A stretch of DNA of 64,000 nucleotides from Pseudomonadota bacterium (GCA_021780035.1 JAJXZO010000075.1:11483-75482); one strand, 5' to 3'. Shown: positions 41,741 to 51,426, counted from the stretch's first letter. Notes: a model not told the origin generated them from the sequence alone. Translations and numbers: made by a program.

Positions 41741-43606
41741 TCAGAGCAGTTCGGTCAGATCGACGCTGCGCGACTGCGCGGTGAGGCGGACATGCGTGTT
41801 GGCGGCGCCGTAGCCCGCGTAGCCGTCGCGCTGCACGATCTCGAAGAAGAACCGCTTGTCGAAGGCGGCTGTGTACATCTGCAGGAACACGTTGCCGTCC
41901 ACGTCCTCGTCGTAGAGGATGTCGCGCGCCGCGAGCCGCTCCACCAGCGCGGCGTCGAGGCCGAAGCGGGCGGCGATGTCGTCGTAGTAGTTGCGTGGGA
42001 TCTGCAGGATTTCCGCCCCGGCCGCCGCCAGCGAGTCGGCGATGGCGAAAATGTCGTCGGTGGCGAGCGCCAGGTGCTGGATGCCGCCGCCGAGCGCGTT
42101 CTCCAGGAAATGCGCCGCCTGCGTGCGGCTGGCGTCGGTGCCGTTCAGGGTCATGCGGAAGGCGCCGTCGGGGCTTTCCACCACCTGGCTCTGCACCACG
42201 CCGGAAGGATCGAAGATGTCCTGGCGCGCGGTCTTCGTCAGGCCGAACAGCGTCGTCCAGTAGAGAAGCCAGGACTGAAACTCCTCGTGGGCGATGGTGG
42301 CGGCGAGATGGTCGAAGCGACGCAGCCCGAAACCTTCGGTCGCCCCGCCCATGCGCTCGAACTCGTGGTCCCAGAGCGCCTCCACCTCGTTCTTGGCGAT
42401 CAGATAGACAAGGCTGCCGCCGACGCCGCGCACCGCCGGCAGCCGCAGGTTGCCGGGACCGGCCTCCTCCTCGAAGTCGTCGATGCCGAGCGCCCGCGCC
42501 CGCGCCCGCGCCCGGCCGACGTTGTCGACCAGAAGGCCTATGGCGCAGACCGAGGCGCCGTAGTTCAGGTAGTAGCTCTGCGCAAAGCTGTTCGGCTGGC
42601 TGTTGACGACGATGTTGATGTCGCCCTGCCGCCAGCGGTTCACCGCCTTGTTGCGGTGCCTGCCGGCAAGCTGGAAGCCGAGGCTGCCCAGCATCGATTC
42701 GATCTGCGCCGCCTCCTCGGGTGAGGCGGCGATCTCGACGAACTCCACCCCGTGCGCGGCGGCGAACGACGGCAGCCGCGGCTGGCGGCCGAGCGCGCGC
42801 TCCGCCGCATCGCAGGTGGCGCTGAGCGCCCGCACGCCGTCCCTGGCGACGATGCCCGCCGATCCGGCGCGAAAGCGGTCGTTGAAGATCTCAAGCGACA
42901 GGGGCCCCTGGTAGCCGATGCGCATCAGCGCCGCCACGTAGTCGGTGACGGGCAGGTCCCCCTGCCCCGGCATGTTGCTGTAGTGGCGGCTCCACTGCCT
43001 GAGGTTCATCTCGAGCATCGGTGCGTCGGCAAGCTGCACCAGGAAGATGCGCGCCGGGTCGATGGTGAGGATGCTGTCGGTCGGCACGCTCCGGGCGATG
43101 GAGTGAAAACTGTTGAGCGCGAGCCCCACCGCGGGATGCCCGGCGGCAGTGACGATCGCCCAGGCGTCGCGGTGGTCGCTGACGTGCGCGCCCCAGGACA
43201 GCGCCTGGTAGGCGATGCGAAGCCCCCGCGCCGCCGCGCGCTCGCCGAGTTCGCGCAAGTCGTCTGCGATGCGGGCGTGATCGCCGTTCGCCTCGGCGAC
43301 GGAGCTGGATGAGACGAGCAGCAGATCGGTGCCGAGCCGCGCCATCAGGTCGAACTTGCGGAGCGCGCGGTCGAAGGCGCGCTGGCGCCGCGCTCCGGCC
43401 AGCCCCTCGAAATCGGCAAACGGCTGATAGGCGATGCAGCGAAGGTTGAGATCGGCAAGCATCCCCCGCGCGTCTTCCGGGGAGCCGTCAAAGGCGACGA
43501 GATCGCTCTCGCAGATCTCCACGCCGTCGAAGCCGGCCTTGGCGACGACCGGCAGCTTGTCGCCGAGCGCGCCGCTGATCGATACGGTAGCGATAGAAGT
43601 GAGCAT
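41741..43606 (-). CDS. QuiC1-like fusion (xylose-isomerase-like TIM barrel + HPPD-like domain); dehydratase site appears degenerate
   Basis: SIATVS, GFDGVEI, VQLADAP, SLEIFND; C-terminal FDHL, IQHLAL, FFFEIVQR. Q134 and N165 sit at the recalled E134/D165 metal-ligand positions. Confidence 0.88.
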   Translation of the reverse strand: MLTSIATVSISGALGDKLPVVAKAGFDGVEICESDLVAFDGSPEDARGMLADLNLRCIAYQPFADFEGLAGARRQRAFDRALRKFDLMARLGTDLLLVSSSSVAEANGDHARIADDLRELGERAAARGLRIAYQALSWGAHVSDHRDAWAIVTAAGHPAVGLALNSFHSIARSVPTDSILTIDPARIFLVQLADAPMLEMNLRQWSRHYSNMPGQGDLPVTDYVAALMRIGYQGPLSLEIFNDRFRAGSAGIVARDGVRALSATCDAAERALGRQPRLPSFAAAHGVEFVEIAASPEEAAQIESMLGSLGFQLAGRHRNKAVNRWRQGDINIVVNSQPNSFAQSYYLNYGASVCAIGLLVDNVGRARARARALGIDDFEEEAGPGNLRLPAVRGVGGSLVYLIAKNEVEALWDHEFERMGGATEGFGLRRFDHLAATIAHEEFQSWLLYWTTLFGLTKTARQDIFDPSGVVQSQVVESPDGAFRMTLNGTDASRTQAAHFLENALGGGIQHLALATDDIFAIADSLAAAGAEILQIPRNYYDDIAARFGLDAALVERLAARDILYDEDVDGNVFLQMYTAAFDKRFFFEIVQRDGYAGYGAANTHVRLTAQSRSVDLTELL

Positions 43607-43723
43607 CGGCCTGCCGTCCTCGCCTCTGGCTGCGCGCCGCCGCGAAACCGCGCCTTCCCGCGCAGCCAACGCAGTCTAGGCGCCCGCCACCGCCGTCGCA
43701 ACCGGCAGGGCCACAGGCGCCGC

Positions 43724-44428
43724 CTACTCGGAGAGGGTCTTGTCCTGGACCGTGCGGGCCACGCACTCGGAGACGTGCTGCGTGAGAATGGCCTTCGCCG
43801 CCGGGGCGTCGTGGCGGAGCGCGCAGTCGAACAGCATGCGGTGCTCCCCGGCGGTGATCTCACCGCGGAAGGACACCGCGATCATCAGGTAGCGCAGGTA
43901 GCGGTCGTAGACCGAGGCGCAGGTTTCCAGCAGCGCCCGCGACCCGCAGGCGGAGATGAGGGCCTTGTGGAACTCCCAGTCGTATTTCTTCCAATCCTCG
44001 ACGCTGGCCTTGTCTCCGCCCAGCATCATCCCCTCGACCAGGGCGAGCTTGTGATGGGCGGCGGCGACGCGGCCCTCCCAGTCGATGTCGCCGGCGGCGA
44101 AGGATTCCTCCATCGCCGGGCACTCAACCAGAAGCCGCAGCGCGGCGAGTTCCTTGAGGTCGGCCACCGAGACCGGCGCCACCCGGAACCCCCGCTGCTC
44201 CTCGGCGATGACGAGTCCCTCGGACGACAGCCGGCTCAGGATCTCGCGCAAGGTGCTGACCGACGGACCGTAGGCCGTGCGCAGACGATCGAGGCGCAAC
44301 CTCTCTCCCGGTACGAAACGCCCGAAGATGATATCGGAGCGGATCTGCCGATAGACGCTTTCTCCGACCGTAGTTGGCTCAGCTAGACTGGTGGACAAAG
44401 TCCGTCTCCGTTCCTTGGCGTTCGCCAT
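43724..44428 (-). CDS. GntR/FCD-family transcriptional regulator
   Basis: VYRQIRSDII, PGERL, STLREILSRL, GFRVAPVS, FHKALISACGS. Start uncertain. Confidence 0.9.
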   Translation of the reverse strand: MANAKERRRTLSTSLAEPTTVGESVYRQIRSDIIFGRFVPGERLRLDRLRTAYGPSVSTLREILSRLSSEGLVIAEEQRGFRVAPVSVADLKELAALRLLVECPAMEESFAAGDIDWEGRVAAAHHKLALVEGMMLGGDKASVEDWKKYDWEFHKALISACGSRALLETCASVYDRYLRYLMIAVSFRGEITAGEHRMLFDCALRHDAPAAKAILTQHVSECVARTVQDKTLSE

Positions 44429-44557
44429 CCGGCGGAACGTTTCGTGCACCCGCCCGATGGATTTGTCCACCATCCCGGGCGGCGGCACCTGGTGCTCGCT
44501 GCCCGCCGCATGCGCGGGAACCATCTCGTCGTCGCTCCGGAGAATATCCGAGCACAA

Positions 44558-44580
44558 CGGAAATCTCAAATGATTTTCCG
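44558..44580. promoter_or_regulatory. Candidate GntR operator (AAATC-N6-GATTT inverted repeat)
   Basis: CGGAAATCTCAAATGATTTTCCG lies in the divergent gntR/ydiB intergenic region; a near-copy occurs at 58323-58339. Confidence 0.45.
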
Positions 44581-44761
44581 CTCGGGCGACATCTTCGCCT
44601 TGTTCGGATGAGCCGAGGCGCGTATCAGACCCTTCGCGATGCCGCCGCCCTCGCGCATGGCCGCGGCCAGCCGTTTCCGGAAGGGGCGCGCGCGGGCGCG
44701 CCGCCACCCGCCCGGAAAGCCTGAGCGCCCCGTTCCTGGATGTTTCGTGGAGTAGCGGCCA

Positions 44762-45643
44762 ATGTCCCAAGAGATTCCGCAGATCGTCACCGGGCACACC
44801 GAGCTTCTGGGGCTGATCGCCTATCCGATCCGCCACTCGAGCTCGCCCAGGATGCACAACCTCGCCCTCGCGAGGCTCGGCCTCGACTACGTCTACCTCG
44901 CCTTCGAGGTCGATGACCGGGAGCTGAAGGGCGCCATCGACGGCATGAAGGCGCTGAAGGCGCTGGGATGGAACGTCTCCATGCCGAACAAGGTGGAAGT
45001 GGTGAAGCATCTCGACAAAATCTCCCCCGCCGTCGAGCTCTGCGGCGCCTGCAACACCGTGGTCAATGACGCCGGCGTGCTCACCGGGCACAACACCGAT
45101 GGCCTCGGCTACATCCTGGCGCTGCGCCAGGTGGGCATGGATATAGCGGGCCGGCGGCTCGTACTGATCGGCGCCGGCGGCGCCGCCGTCGCCATCACCA
45201 CGCAAGCGGCGCTCGACGGGGCGGCGGCGATCGACATCTTCAACCAGCGCGACGCGTTCTTTCCGCAGGCCGAGGCCCTCGCCGGCCGCATCTCCGCCCG
45301 TACCGGCTGCCCGATCGCCGTGCACGACCTTGCCGATACGGGGAACTTCCGCGCCGTCGTCGCCCGCGCCGATATCCTCGGCAACGCATCGAAGATCGGC
45401 TTCAAAGGGGAACTCGAGAGCCTTTCGCCGCTGCCCGATTCCTCGGTGCTGCGGGCGGACCTGTTCGTCAGCGACGTGGTGTACGCGCCGCTGAAAACCA
45501 GGCTGCTCCGCGAGGCCGAGGCAGCCGGCTGCCGCACCATGGGCGGCATCCCGATGATGTTGCACCAAGGGGCGGCGGCGTTCAAAATGTGGACCGGCAA
45601 GGACATGCCGCTCGACTACGTCGAAGAGCACCTGTTTTCGTAG
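44762..45643 (+). CDS. ydiB: Quinate/shikimate dehydrogenase (YdiB type)
   Basis: GLIAYPIRHSSSP, NVSMPNK, NTV, NTDG, GAGGAA, IFNQRDAFF, WTGKDMPLDYV closely track recalled E. coli YdiB. Confidence 0.88.
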   Translation: MSQEIPQIVTGHTELLGLIAYPIRHSSSPRMHNLALARLGLDYVYLAFEVDDRELKGAIDGMKALKALGWNVSMPNKVEVVKHLDKISPAVELCGACNTVVNDAGVLTGHNTDGLGYILALRQVGMDIAGRRLVLIGAGGAAVAITTQAALDGAAAIDIFNQRDAFFPQAEALAGRISARTGCPIAVHDLADTGNFRAVVARADILGNASKIGFKGELESLSPLPDSSVLRADLFVSDVVYAPLKTRLLREAEAAGCRTMGGIPMMLHQGAAAFKMWTGKDMPLDYVEEHLFS

Positions 45644-45690
45644 GGGCCCCGCCGCGGGAGCGCGGCCGGGCATTGGCAAGGGGTCGCGCG

Positions 45691-46458
45691 ATGCGAACGG
45701 TTGGCGTGAAGAACGTCGTTCTCGGTGAGGGCAGGCCGAAGATCCTGGTGCCCATCGCCGCCACCACCTCGGCCGACGCCATCGCCGCGGCAGCTCGGCT
45801 CGGCGCCGAGGCCGGCCTCGACATCATCGAGTTCCGCGTCGACTACCTCGACATCGCCTTCGATACGCCGCGCCTGGCCCGCCTCACCCGCACGGTGGCC
45901 GAGGTCGCTCCCGGCAAGCCGCTCCTTGTCACCTTCCGCACCAAGGCGGAAGGCGGGGCGGCGGCGCTCTCCGATGCCGCCTATGCCGAGTTCTATGGCG
46001 CCGTGCTGCGCGAGCGCTCCGCCGACCTCATTGACGTCGAACTGATGCGCGACGAGCGGGTGGTGCGCGGTCTCGTCGCCGCGGCGCATACGGCGGGAGT
46101 GCCAGTGGTGATGTCGAACCACGACTTCGCCGGCACCGCGCCGACGGAAGAACTGGTGGGACGGCTGCGGCGGATGCAGGAACTGGACGCCGACGTCCTC
46201 AAGATTGCCACCATGCCGCAGGACGCGGGCGACGTGCTGAAGCTGCTCTCCGCCACCTGGATCATGCACAGCCAGTACGCCGAGCGGCCGCTGATCACCA
46301 TGGCGATGGCGGGCAAGGGCGTGCTCTCCCGCCTCGCCGGAGAGCTAGTCGGTTCCGCAGCCACCTTCGGCATGGTGGGAACGCCCTCCGCGCCCGGGCA
46401 GATGGCGCTGCCCGATCTGAAGGCGACGCTGGAACTGATCAGCCGTTCGATGAAGTAG
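45691..46458 (+). CDS. aroD: Type I 3-dehydroquinate dehydratase
   Basis: GEGRPKILVP, EFRVD, TFRTKAEGG, SNHDF, KIATMP (Schiff-base Lys), MAGKGVLSRLAGE, SAPGQ. Confidence 0.94.
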   Translation: MRTVGVKNVVLGEGRPKILVPIAATTSADAIAAAARLGAEAGLDIIEFRVDYLDIAFDTPRLARLTRTVAEVAPGKPLLVTFRTKAEGGAAALSDAAYAEFYGAVLRERSADLIDVELMRDERVVRGLVAAAHTAGVPVVMSNHDFAGTAPTEELVGRLRRMQELDADVLKIATMPQDAGDVLKLLSATWIMHSQYAERPLITMAMAGKGVLSRLAGELVGSAATFGMVGTPSAPGQMALPDLKATLELISRSMK

Positions 46459-47374
46459 TGACGCAGGCGTTCGCGCCAGCACCCAGATGCGCGAGCCGGC
46501 CGGGCAGGCGGCGCCCGATCCGCTTTTCCAGCACGAGCGCGAGGTCGGCGAGCTTCCGCCAATCGATGCCGGTGGCCACGCCCATTTCCTCCAGCGCATA
46601 GGCCGCGTCCTCGGCCGCGACGTTGCCTGCTGCCCCCGGGATGAACGGGCAGCCGCCCAGGCCGCCGAGCGCCACATCGAAGATGGTGATGCCCGCTTGC
46701 AGCCCGGCCACCATATTGGCAACGCCCAGCCCCCGCGTGTCGTGCAAATGCAGCGACAGCTTCACCCGCTCCGACACCTCCGCGCGCACGCGGCGGGCGA
46801 GCGCGTCGATCGACTTCGGGTTGCCGAGCCCGGCCGAATCCGCGAGATTGATCTCGTGCGCGCCGAGACGGTCATAGAGCCGGGCGATATCGCACACCAC
46901 GTCGGGGGAGATCGCGCCCTCGTAGGCGCAGCCGAATGCCGACTGGATGCCGCCGCGGGTGACGATGCCCGCGTTCACCGAACCCGAAATCATGTCGCGG
47001 ATCTGCACCATGCTTTCCGCGAGCGTCCGGTTGGTGTTCTTCCGGCTGTGCATCTCGCTCGCCGAGATCGACACGCTGAGGTGCGGAACCTTGCAGGCGA
47101 TGGCGCGCTGGAGCCCCTTCTCGTTCAGCACCAGCGCCGTGTAGGTCACATCGGACCGGCGCTCGAGGCGGCGGAACACCTCGTCGGTATTCGCCATCTG
47201 CGGCACCCACTTCGGATGCACGAACGAACCCACCTGGATGCGGCGCACGCCAGCCGCTTCCATGCCCTTGATGAAACCGATGATCTCCTCGACCGAAAGC
47301 TGCGTCTTTTCGCTTTGCAGCCCGTCGCGCAGGCATTCGTCCTCGATCACGACATTCGGCGGCAACTCGTACAT
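46439..47374 (-). CDS. HMG-CoA lyase family (DRE-TIM metallolyase)
   Basis: LRDGLQSE, SFVHPKWVPQMA, HLHDTRG, GGLGGCPF, GNVAAED. Confidence 0.9.
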   Translation of the reverse strand: MYELPPNVVIEDECLRDGLQSEKTQLSVEEIIGFIKGMEAAGVRRIQVGSFVHPKWVPQMANTDEVFRRLERRSDVTYTALVLNEKGLQRAIACKVPHLSVSISASEMHSRKNTNRTLAESMVQIRDMISGSVNAGIVTRGGIQSAFGCAYEGAISPDVVCDIARLYDRLGAHEINLADSAGLGNPKSIDALARRVRAEVSERVKLSLHLHDTRGLGVANMVAGLQAGITIFDVALGGLGGCPFIPGAAGNVAAEDAAYALEEMGVATGIDWRKLADLALVLEKRIGRRLPGRLAHLGAGANACVTTSSNG

Positions 47375-47414
47375 CGCTGTTCTTCCCATTCTCTCGAAAC
47401 TTCGGCGCACTTCC

Positions 47415-48491
47415 TCAGGAAAGCGAGACGACGCGCCCCGTGGTCGCGGCTTCCCTCACCGCGAGCGTCACCGCCAGCGTCCGGGTGCCATCGCGCGCGT
47501 CGATCAGCGGCTTCGCCTCGCCGCGGACCACGTCGCAGAAGTGGTGCATCTCGTTGGTGAGCGGATCGCTGTTGATTCGAAGCGTCCAGGCGTCCTGCTC
47601 CGCCACGACGGCGCGCTCGGCGTGCAGCGGCGCCCACCATGCCTCCGCCCCACCGTGGCGCCAGAATTCGCCCCGCGGAACGGAAAGCGCTCCTTCCATC
47701 CCGGTAACGAAATAGCAGCTTTCGCCGCTTTTCGGATAGGCCCGATTCTCACCCGAGGTCAGCTCCCAGCTCCAGGGACCGGCCGTCGCGTCCGATAGCG
47801 CGATCGTGCCGACCGCGCCGTTCGCGAAGCGGAGCACGATGCCCACCGTGTCTTCCACCGGGAAGCCGCGCGCGGCCGAAGAGGCCATCGCCTGCACGCT
47901 CTCGATCTCACCGCAGAGGTTGCGCAGGTCGTCGATAACGTGGATCAGGTTGATCAGCACTGGGCCGCCACCCGGCTTGCGCCGCCATTCCCCGACGCCT
48001 TCGAAATAGTCCTGCGGCTTCAGAAACCAGGAGAATGCGTGGACGGCGGTGATCCTGCCGAGACGGCCCGCCTCAATAACAGCTTTCGCCTGTCGCATCA
48101 CCGTACCATGGCGATGGTGGTGCCCGACCAGCACCGCAACGCCCGCCTTCTCCGCAGCGTCGGCGAAGGCACACCCTTCCTCGACCGTGTCGCAGACCGG
48201 CTTTTCCATCAGCATCGGCAGCCCACGTCTCAACAGTTCCATTCCCGACTGGAAATGGAATTGGTTGGGAAGCGCCACGACCACACCGTCCGCCGCAACG
48301 CGGTCTAGCATCGCCGACAGGTCGGGCGCCCACGCGACACCGAGAATGTCCGCCTGTTCCCGTATCTTCGGCACCGGATCGACGATGCCGACCAGATCGG
48401 CGCCGGGCTCGTCGAGAACGCGCCTGATGTGCGCCTGTCCGATCAGTCCGGCCCCGGCGACGACCAGACGCGTCTTTCCCTTGTCGCTCAT
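47415..48491 (-). CDS. Gfo/Idh/MocA oxidoreductase
   Basis: VAGAGLIG, MEKP, VGHHHRH, GGGPVLINLIHVIDD. Confidence 0.9.
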   Translation of the reverse strand: MSDKGKTRLVVAGAGLIGQAHIRRVLDEPGADLVGIVDPVPKIREQADILGVAWAPDLSAMLDRVAADGVVVALPNQFHFQSGMELLRRGLPMLMEKPVCDTVEEGCAFADAAEKAGVAVLVGHHHRHGTVMRQAKAVIEAGRLGRITAVHAFSWFLKPQDYFEGVGEWRRKPGGGPVLINLIHVIDDLRNLCGEIESVQAMASSAARGFPVEDTVGIVLRFANGAVGTIALSDATAGPWSWELTSGENRAYPKSGESCYFVTGMEGALSVPRGEFWRHGGAEAWWAPLHAERAVVAEQDAWTLRINSDPLTNEMHHFCDVVRGEAKPLIDARDGTRTLAVTLAVREAATTGRVVSLS

Positions 48492-48520
48492 TGCCCACTC
48501 CCGTTTCCCGCCCGCGCGCC

Positions 48521-50410
48521 CTAGAGCATGATGGTGGAAATCACCGGGAACGCGGCGATGATCGCCAGTGCGATCACCAGCATGGCGAGAAGCGGCCAGA
48601 TATTGCGCATCGTCTGCTCGGGCGACACTCGGCCGATGGCGCAGGCGCCATAGAAGCCGAGCCCGAACGGTGGCGCGAACAGGCCGATGCCCATCGCCAG
48701 GATGTCCACGATGGCGTAGTGCACGTCGTTGATATGCAGGGCGCGGGCCACCGGGAAAAGCAGCGGCGCCAGCAGCACGATCACGGGCATGCCTTCGAGC
48801 ACGCTCCCCAGAACCACGAACACGACGATCGACAGCGCCATGAAGGGCAGGACACCGCCGGCGTGCGTTATCATCTCGGTCAGCGCGTGCGAGAAACCGG
48901 ACTGGGTCAACGCCCAGGCCATCGCCGTGGCGCAACCGACGATGAGCAGGACCACCCCCGAAAGCGAGGCGGTATCGGCGAGAATCGGGTACATCCGGTC
49001 CCACTGCACCTGCTTCCAGGTGATTAAGCCGATGAGCAGGGCGTAGATGATGCCGATGGTGGACACTTCCGTTGCTGTGGTGATGCCGCCCAGCACGAAC
49101 GTGCGGATGAGGAACGGCAGCGCCAGGCCCGGGAGGGCAAGGATGAACGTGTATCCGATTGTCCGCCATGAGGCGCGGGGGGTGACCGTTCCGCTTCTGC
49201 GCGCCTTCCAGCCGACGTAGATTACCAGCGACAGCGCCGCCACCAGCGCCGGCAGGATGCCGCCGGCAAACAACCCGGCGATGGACACGCCGGCCACCGC
49301 GCCGATGGCGATGAGCACGATGCTCGGCGGAATGGTCTCCGACATGGCGCAGGCGGCCGCCAGAAGCGCCACCATCTTTCCGGGGTCGTTGCCGCGCTTC
49401 CTCATCTCGGGCACCAGAATTGGCGCGACGGCCGCCATATCGGCGATCTTCGAGCCCGAAATGCCGGAGATCAGGAAGATCGCGCCCAGCAACACGTATT
49501 CCAGGCCGCCGCGGACGTGGCCCAGCAGCGCGACGAGGAAGTTGACCATGTTGCGGGCCATTCCCGTCACCTCGATCAGCACGCCGAGGTAGATGAACAG
49601 CGGCACCGCCAGCAGCAGCATGTTGGAAACACCGATGTCGATGCGGTTGAGCATGATCGACAGCGGCGCATGTGTGGAAAAACTGAGGTAGGCCATCGTC
49701 GCGATGCCGAAGGAAAAGGCGATCGGCGTTCCGGAGAAAATGGCGACGAAGACGACCGGCCCGAAGAAGATGGCGAGGCTCGCCGGACCCATGCTCGCCC
49801 ACGTGCTTTGGAACATCCACAGCGGCGCGGCGATAGCGGCGACGGCAATGATCGCGCCGATCAGGTGGGCCGGACGAACCAGCCGCAGCCGGACGACAGC
49901 CATCACCAGCATCAGCCCGAACGAGATCGGCAGCGCGCTCGACCGCCACGAGTCCGGAATCTCGAACTGCGGGGTGAGCATGATGTACTGCTGAATCGTG
50001 TAAATTACGGATTGGTAGGCTATCCCCGCGAGGAATACCACGGAGACCACCTGCGCAAACGCGTTGACCCAGGGCTTCCAGGCTTCCGGCAGCATCTGCA
50101 GCGCAGTCGTCATCCGCATGTGCTCGCTGCGCTGGTAGCCCAGCACGGCGCCGAGCATCGTCAGCCAGATGAACAGGATGATCGCTGTCTCGTCGGTCCA
50201 GAGCGATGGCGAATCGAGCACGTAACGGGTCGTGACACCCCAGAACAGGATGATCACCTCGGCCACCACCAGTATCGCGCCAAGCGCCTCCATCGTCACG
50301 CCGATGTAACGCTCGATTGCGGTCTGGCGCTGGATCTGATGCGCCACCCCGGCGACAGCTTCCGGGGGAATTTCCCCCGGAAGCACGACATCATTGGACT
50401 CGGCAGTCAT
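48521..50410 (-). CDS. TRAP transporter fused DctQ-DctM membrane subunit
   Basis: DETAIILFIWLTMLG...EHMR (DctQ) followed by GISGSKIAD, TIPPSI, TATEVS, PPFGLG (DctM); TGATG overlap with dctP. Confidence 0.9.
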   Translation of the reverse strand: MTAESNDVVLPGEIPPEAVAGVAHQIQRQTAIERYIGVTMEALGAILVVAEVIILFWGVTTRYVLDSPSLWTDETAIILFIWLTMLGAVLGYQRSEHMRMTTALQMLPEAWKPWVNAFAQVVSVVFLAGIAYQSVIYTIQQYIMLTPQFEIPDSWRSSALPISFGLMLVMAVVRLRLVRPAHLIGAIIAVAAIAAPLWMFQSTWASMGPASLAIFFGPVVFVAIFSGTPIAFSFGIATMAYLSFSTHAPLSIMLNRIDIGVSNMLLLAVPLFIYLGVLIEVTGMARNMVNFLVALLGHVRGGLEYVLLGAIFLISGISGSKIADMAAVAPILVPEMRKRGNDPGKMVALLAAACAMSETIPPSIVLIAIGAVAGVSIAGLFAGGILPALVAALSLVIYVGWKARRSGTVTPRASWRTIGYTFILALPGLALPFLIRTFVLGGITTATEVSTIGIIYALLIGLITWKQVQWDRMYPILADTASLSGVVLLIVGCATAMAWALTQSGFSHALTEMITHAGGVLPFMALSIVVFVVLGSVLEGMPVIVLLAPLLFPVARALHINDVHYAIVDILAMGIGLFAPPFGLGFYGACAIGRVSPEQTMRNIWPLLAMLVIALAIIAAFPVISTIML

Positions 50411-51426
50411 CAAGAAAGGGTTCCTACGACCTGCTCGAGCGCACTCCACACCTTATCGCCATACTTCTTGTGCCAATCCTTATAATAAGTCGTGGTTTTC
50501 AGTTTGTCGCGGAAGGACGCCAAGTCCGGCACCGTCACCGCCATTCCCTGGGACTTGAGAAGGTCGGTCGTGTGCTGGTTATCTGCGAGAATGGCGGCCC
50601 GCTCTTCCTTCGCCGCCGCCTCGAAGTTGCGCGCCATGATTTCCTTAATGTCATTCGGCAACTTGGTCCACAACGCCTTATTGGCGATGATCCACCAGTT
50701 GTCCCACATGTGGTTGGTGAGAGCGAGATGCTTCTGCACCTCGTACAGCTTGAAGGTCTCGATCTGCTGCACTGGCCCCTCGGAGCCTTCGGCAACCCCG
50801 GTTTGCAGCGACGTGTAGAGCTCGCTGATATCGACGCTCATCGGCGCCGCTCCCAGGTTCGCCCACAGCGAAGTCCACACCTGCCCGATCGGCAGCCGGA
50901 GCTTCAGATTCTTCACGTCCTTCACGTCCTTCACGACGCGGCGCGTAGTCGTGAGCTGCCTGAAGCCCTGCTCGAAACAAATCGGCTGACAGTAGAAACC
51001 ACCCTTGTCCAGGGCGTCGCGGACGATCGCGCCGAGCGCGCCGTCCATTGCCTTCCACGCCTGCTGGGGATCCTTGAACGCGAAGCCGACCGCGTTGATG
51101 CCGGCCACCGGAACCACATTGGAAAGCGAGCTGCCGCTTTCCATCTGGAAGTCCAGCGCCCCGCTATGAACCTGCATGATCATGTCGAGGTCGCCGCCCA
51201 ATTGCCCCGACGGGTAGGTCTGCAGGTGGATGCGCCCCTTCGATTCCTTGGCCATATTGGCTGCCGTCTTGTCGAGCACCTGAACGGCGATATGGTCCTT
51301 CGGCTGCACCATGCCGATCTTGAAGTTGTACTGGGCGGCCTGCGCCGAGCGACCCGGAATGATAAGTGCCGGCGTCGCCAATGCGGCGACAGTCCCGACT
51401 GTAAACCTACGACGTGTAACGTGCAT
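50410..51426 (-). CDS. TRAP solute-binding protein DctP family, Tat-type signal
   Basis: YPSGQLGGD, GFRQLT, LKLRLP, ELYTSLQTGV, EVQKHLALTNH; N-terminus VTRRRF. Confidence 0.9.
   Translation of the reverse strand: MHVTRRRFTVGTVAALATPALIIPGRSAQAAQYNFKIGMVQPKDHIAVQVLDKTAANMAKESKGRIHLQTYPSGQLGGDLDMIMQVHSGALDFQMESGSSLSNVVPVAGINAVGFAFKDPQQAWKAMDGALGAIVRDALDKGGFYCQPICFEQGFRQLTTTRRVVKDVKDVKNLKLRLPIGQVWTSLWANLGAAPMSVDISELYTSLQTGVAEGSEGPVQQIETFKLYEVQKHLALTNHMWDNWWIIANKALWTKLPNDIKEIMARNFEAAAKEERAAILADNQHTTDLLKSQGMAVTVPDLASFRDKLKTTTYYKDWHKKYGDKVWSALEQVVGTLS

Noticed and set aside
41741-42700. Tyrosine catabolism via a true HPPD
   Set aside because: The domain is fused to a TIM barrel in the QuiC1 architecture, and no hmgA, fahA or maiA genes are nearby.
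50914-50940. Short tandem repeats (CTTCACGTC units here; also 42490-42515 and 60045-60085)
   Set aside because: They are in-frame codon repeats (VKDVKDVK, RARARA, AAAEAL) inside genes, not CRISPR arrays or contingency loci.
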